From: Myxococcota bacterium
Lineage (GTDB): Bacteria > Myxococcota_A > UBA796 > CAJQPC01
Direction: 5' to 3'
Length of the DNA: 64,000 nt
NCBI GenBank assembly: GCA_036229005.1
Contig: JAZAMN010000022.1
Span: forward strand, 6,572-70,571
Shown: one piece after another, positions 62,943 to 64,000 of the stretch
How positions within the stretch are numbered: the stretch's first letter is position 1
How the letters are laid out: each line of letters begins with the position of its first letter
Translations under genes and position numbers: made by a program
Notes under the pieces: model-generated
The model's database searches: none
What the model was told of the DNA's origin: nothing
What the model saw: only the letters and a program-made list of their open reading frames with translations

Positions 62943-63062
62943 TCACTGGTGGGCCGTAGCCTCCAGCGAGCGCTCACTGGTATGCCGTAGCCTCCGGCGG
63001 GCGCTCATTGGCGTGGCGTAGCCTCCGGCGCGCGCTCATTGGCAGGGCGTAGCCGCCACGCC
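62943..63062 (+). repeat. right block of the second 31-bp repeat array: 3.9 direct copies of TCA(C/T)TGG..G.CGTAGCCTCC.GCG.GCGC
   Basis: Units start at 62943, 62974, 63005 and 63036, exactly 31 bp apart. The block ends ~10 bp from the stop of the minus-strand gene at 63073. Confidence 0.92.
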
Positions 63063-63072
63063 ACCCACAACC

Positions 63073-64000
63073 CTACTCCACCCAAATCACCGAGCCGACC
63101 GCCCACCCCAGCGTGTCCTCGACGGTGGCCTGAAGCCAGGAGGGGTCCCCGGGCAGCAGGATGTCGCGCGGTGTGCACGGCCCCTCCCAGGCCAGCTCGC
63201 CGTCTGCCCAGACCTGGACCCCATCGGCCGCCCCCTGACACTCCAGGCGCACGGAGCGGCCCTCCAGGCTCAACCCGCCCGGCTCCACCCAGACAAGCGG
63301 CCCGCTCGACGCCACGCTCTGCCCGATGAACAGCGCCTTCTCGAAGGCCACCGCGCCCGGGAGCTCGAAATCCACGACCCGCAGCCAGGTGTAGGGGCCT
63401 ACGGCGGACACGCGCTCGTCCTGGGCGGCCAAGGCCCGAAGCCAGGCGGCGTCCTCGACCCCGTTGACCCGCAGCGCGGTGGGCATGGGCTCCCAGCCAG
63501 ACACGGGGCCCGCGCCCTCCATCCACGCCACATCGACGACCGCCAGGCGCTGCGCCTTGAGGGGCTCCATCGCGACGTGCAGGAGCAGCTCGGGGGTCTC
63601 GATGCCGGCCCACTCCACCGCGCCGTGGCCCGGGTTCTTGCTGCGGCTCCAGCCCCAGCTCCAGACTTGGCCCAGGGGGCTCTCCAGGCGGCTGCCGGCC
63701 CGGACGCGCAACACCTCGGCGACCCAGTCGGTGGTGTAGGGGCGCGCGATCTCGTCGCGGGGGGTGTGCACCACGAACTGCACGCCCAGACCGGCGGCGA
63801 GGCTGAGATCGTCCATGGGCTCCGTGCGGGACAGGGCGCTGGGCCAGGCCTCGCGGTCGAGCTGTGCCAGGCGCCAGTCCCCAGGCGCGATGCGGCGCTC
63901 CAGCACGATGGGCTCGTCGGGGGCGTCCTGTCCGGCGTAGACCGACAGCTCCAGAGGCGCGAACATGGGCCCCGCGTCCACGGTGACGGCGTGCTCCCCG
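63073..64000 (-). CDS. hypothetical protein, N-terminus beyond the window edge
   Basis: Protein-like 302-aa ORF. The frame stays open upstream of the GTG at 63981 to the window end (..GEHAVTVDAGPMF..), so it is probably 5'-truncated here. Confidence 0.6.
   Translation of the reverse strand, partial: GEHAVTVDAGPMFAPLELSVYAGQDAPDEPIVLERRIAPGDWRLAQLDREAWPSALSRTEPMDDLSLAAGLGVQFVVHTPRDEIARPYTTDWVAEVLRVRAGSRLESPLGQVWSWGWSRSKNPGHGAVEWAGIETPELLLHVAMEPLKAQRLAVVDVAWMEGAGPVSGWEPMPTALRVNGVEDAAWLRALAAQDERVSAVGPYTWLRVVDFELPGAVAFEKALFIGQSVASSGPLVWVEPGGLSLEGRSVRLECQGAADGVQVWADGELAWEGPCTPRDILLPGDPSWLQATVEDTLGWAVGSVIWVE

Overview
High-GC (about 70% by eye), densely coding bacterial chromosomal window. I support about 60 protein genes, 3 tRNAs, 2 cobalamin riboswitches and several non-coding repeat structures. 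The lineage looks Myxococcota-like, which is an inference from a MYXO-CTERM-type tail on a giant FG-GAP/Cys-repeat protein, a Ser/Thr-kinase-FGE fusion, a sigma-54 enhancer-binding protein and about 13 lipoproteins. Many long ORFs in the six-frame track are high-GC antisense artefacts. I kept only frames with protein-like composition, recognisable motifs, or start/stop coupling.

Main blocks:
1. 1-4131: a lipoprotein and a 1199-aa coiled-coil/TM/degenerate ORC-like ATPase.
2. 4221-7617: ppa, a NarK-like porter and a soluble PilJ-type MCP.
3. 8133-10706: an MscS/hydrolase/lipoprotein operon.
4. 12635-15205: an orphan Rossmann protein plus tandemly duplicated Cys-rich lipoproteins.
5. 15428-19268: an EtfD/HdrD-like Fe-S protein and an Lrp/methionine-gamma-lyase-like divergent pair.
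6. 19336-32300: a minus-strand corrinoid uptake/salvage/remodelling region. One riboswitch precedes btuB and two lipoproteins. A second riboswitch precedes btuCDF-cobO-[2H phosphoesterase]-cobU-cobT-cobS-cbiB-cbiZ-cobD, almost all translationally coupled.
7. 33597-33912: a 31-bp repeat array in two inverted blocks, directly upstream of the kinase gene. A second array with the same architecture lies at 62755-63062.
8. 43635-51875: lipA, a divergent 2-oxoacid dehydrogenase set, lpd, a tmk-like gene, lipB, serS, tRNA-Ser x2 and tRNA-Arg.
9. 51876-53511: a tRNA-adjacent NADAR gene and about 860 bp with no credible ORF.
10. 53512-55692: a csoR-regulated metal efflux operon.
11. 58057-61606: a membrane-anchored S8 protease cassette.

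The most unusual items are the two phased 31-bp inverted repeat arrays, the 2H phosphoesterase embedded in the B12 operon where no CobC is present, and the riboswitch-controlled btuB-linked lipoproteins. All functional calls come from motif recognition by eye; no database search was run.
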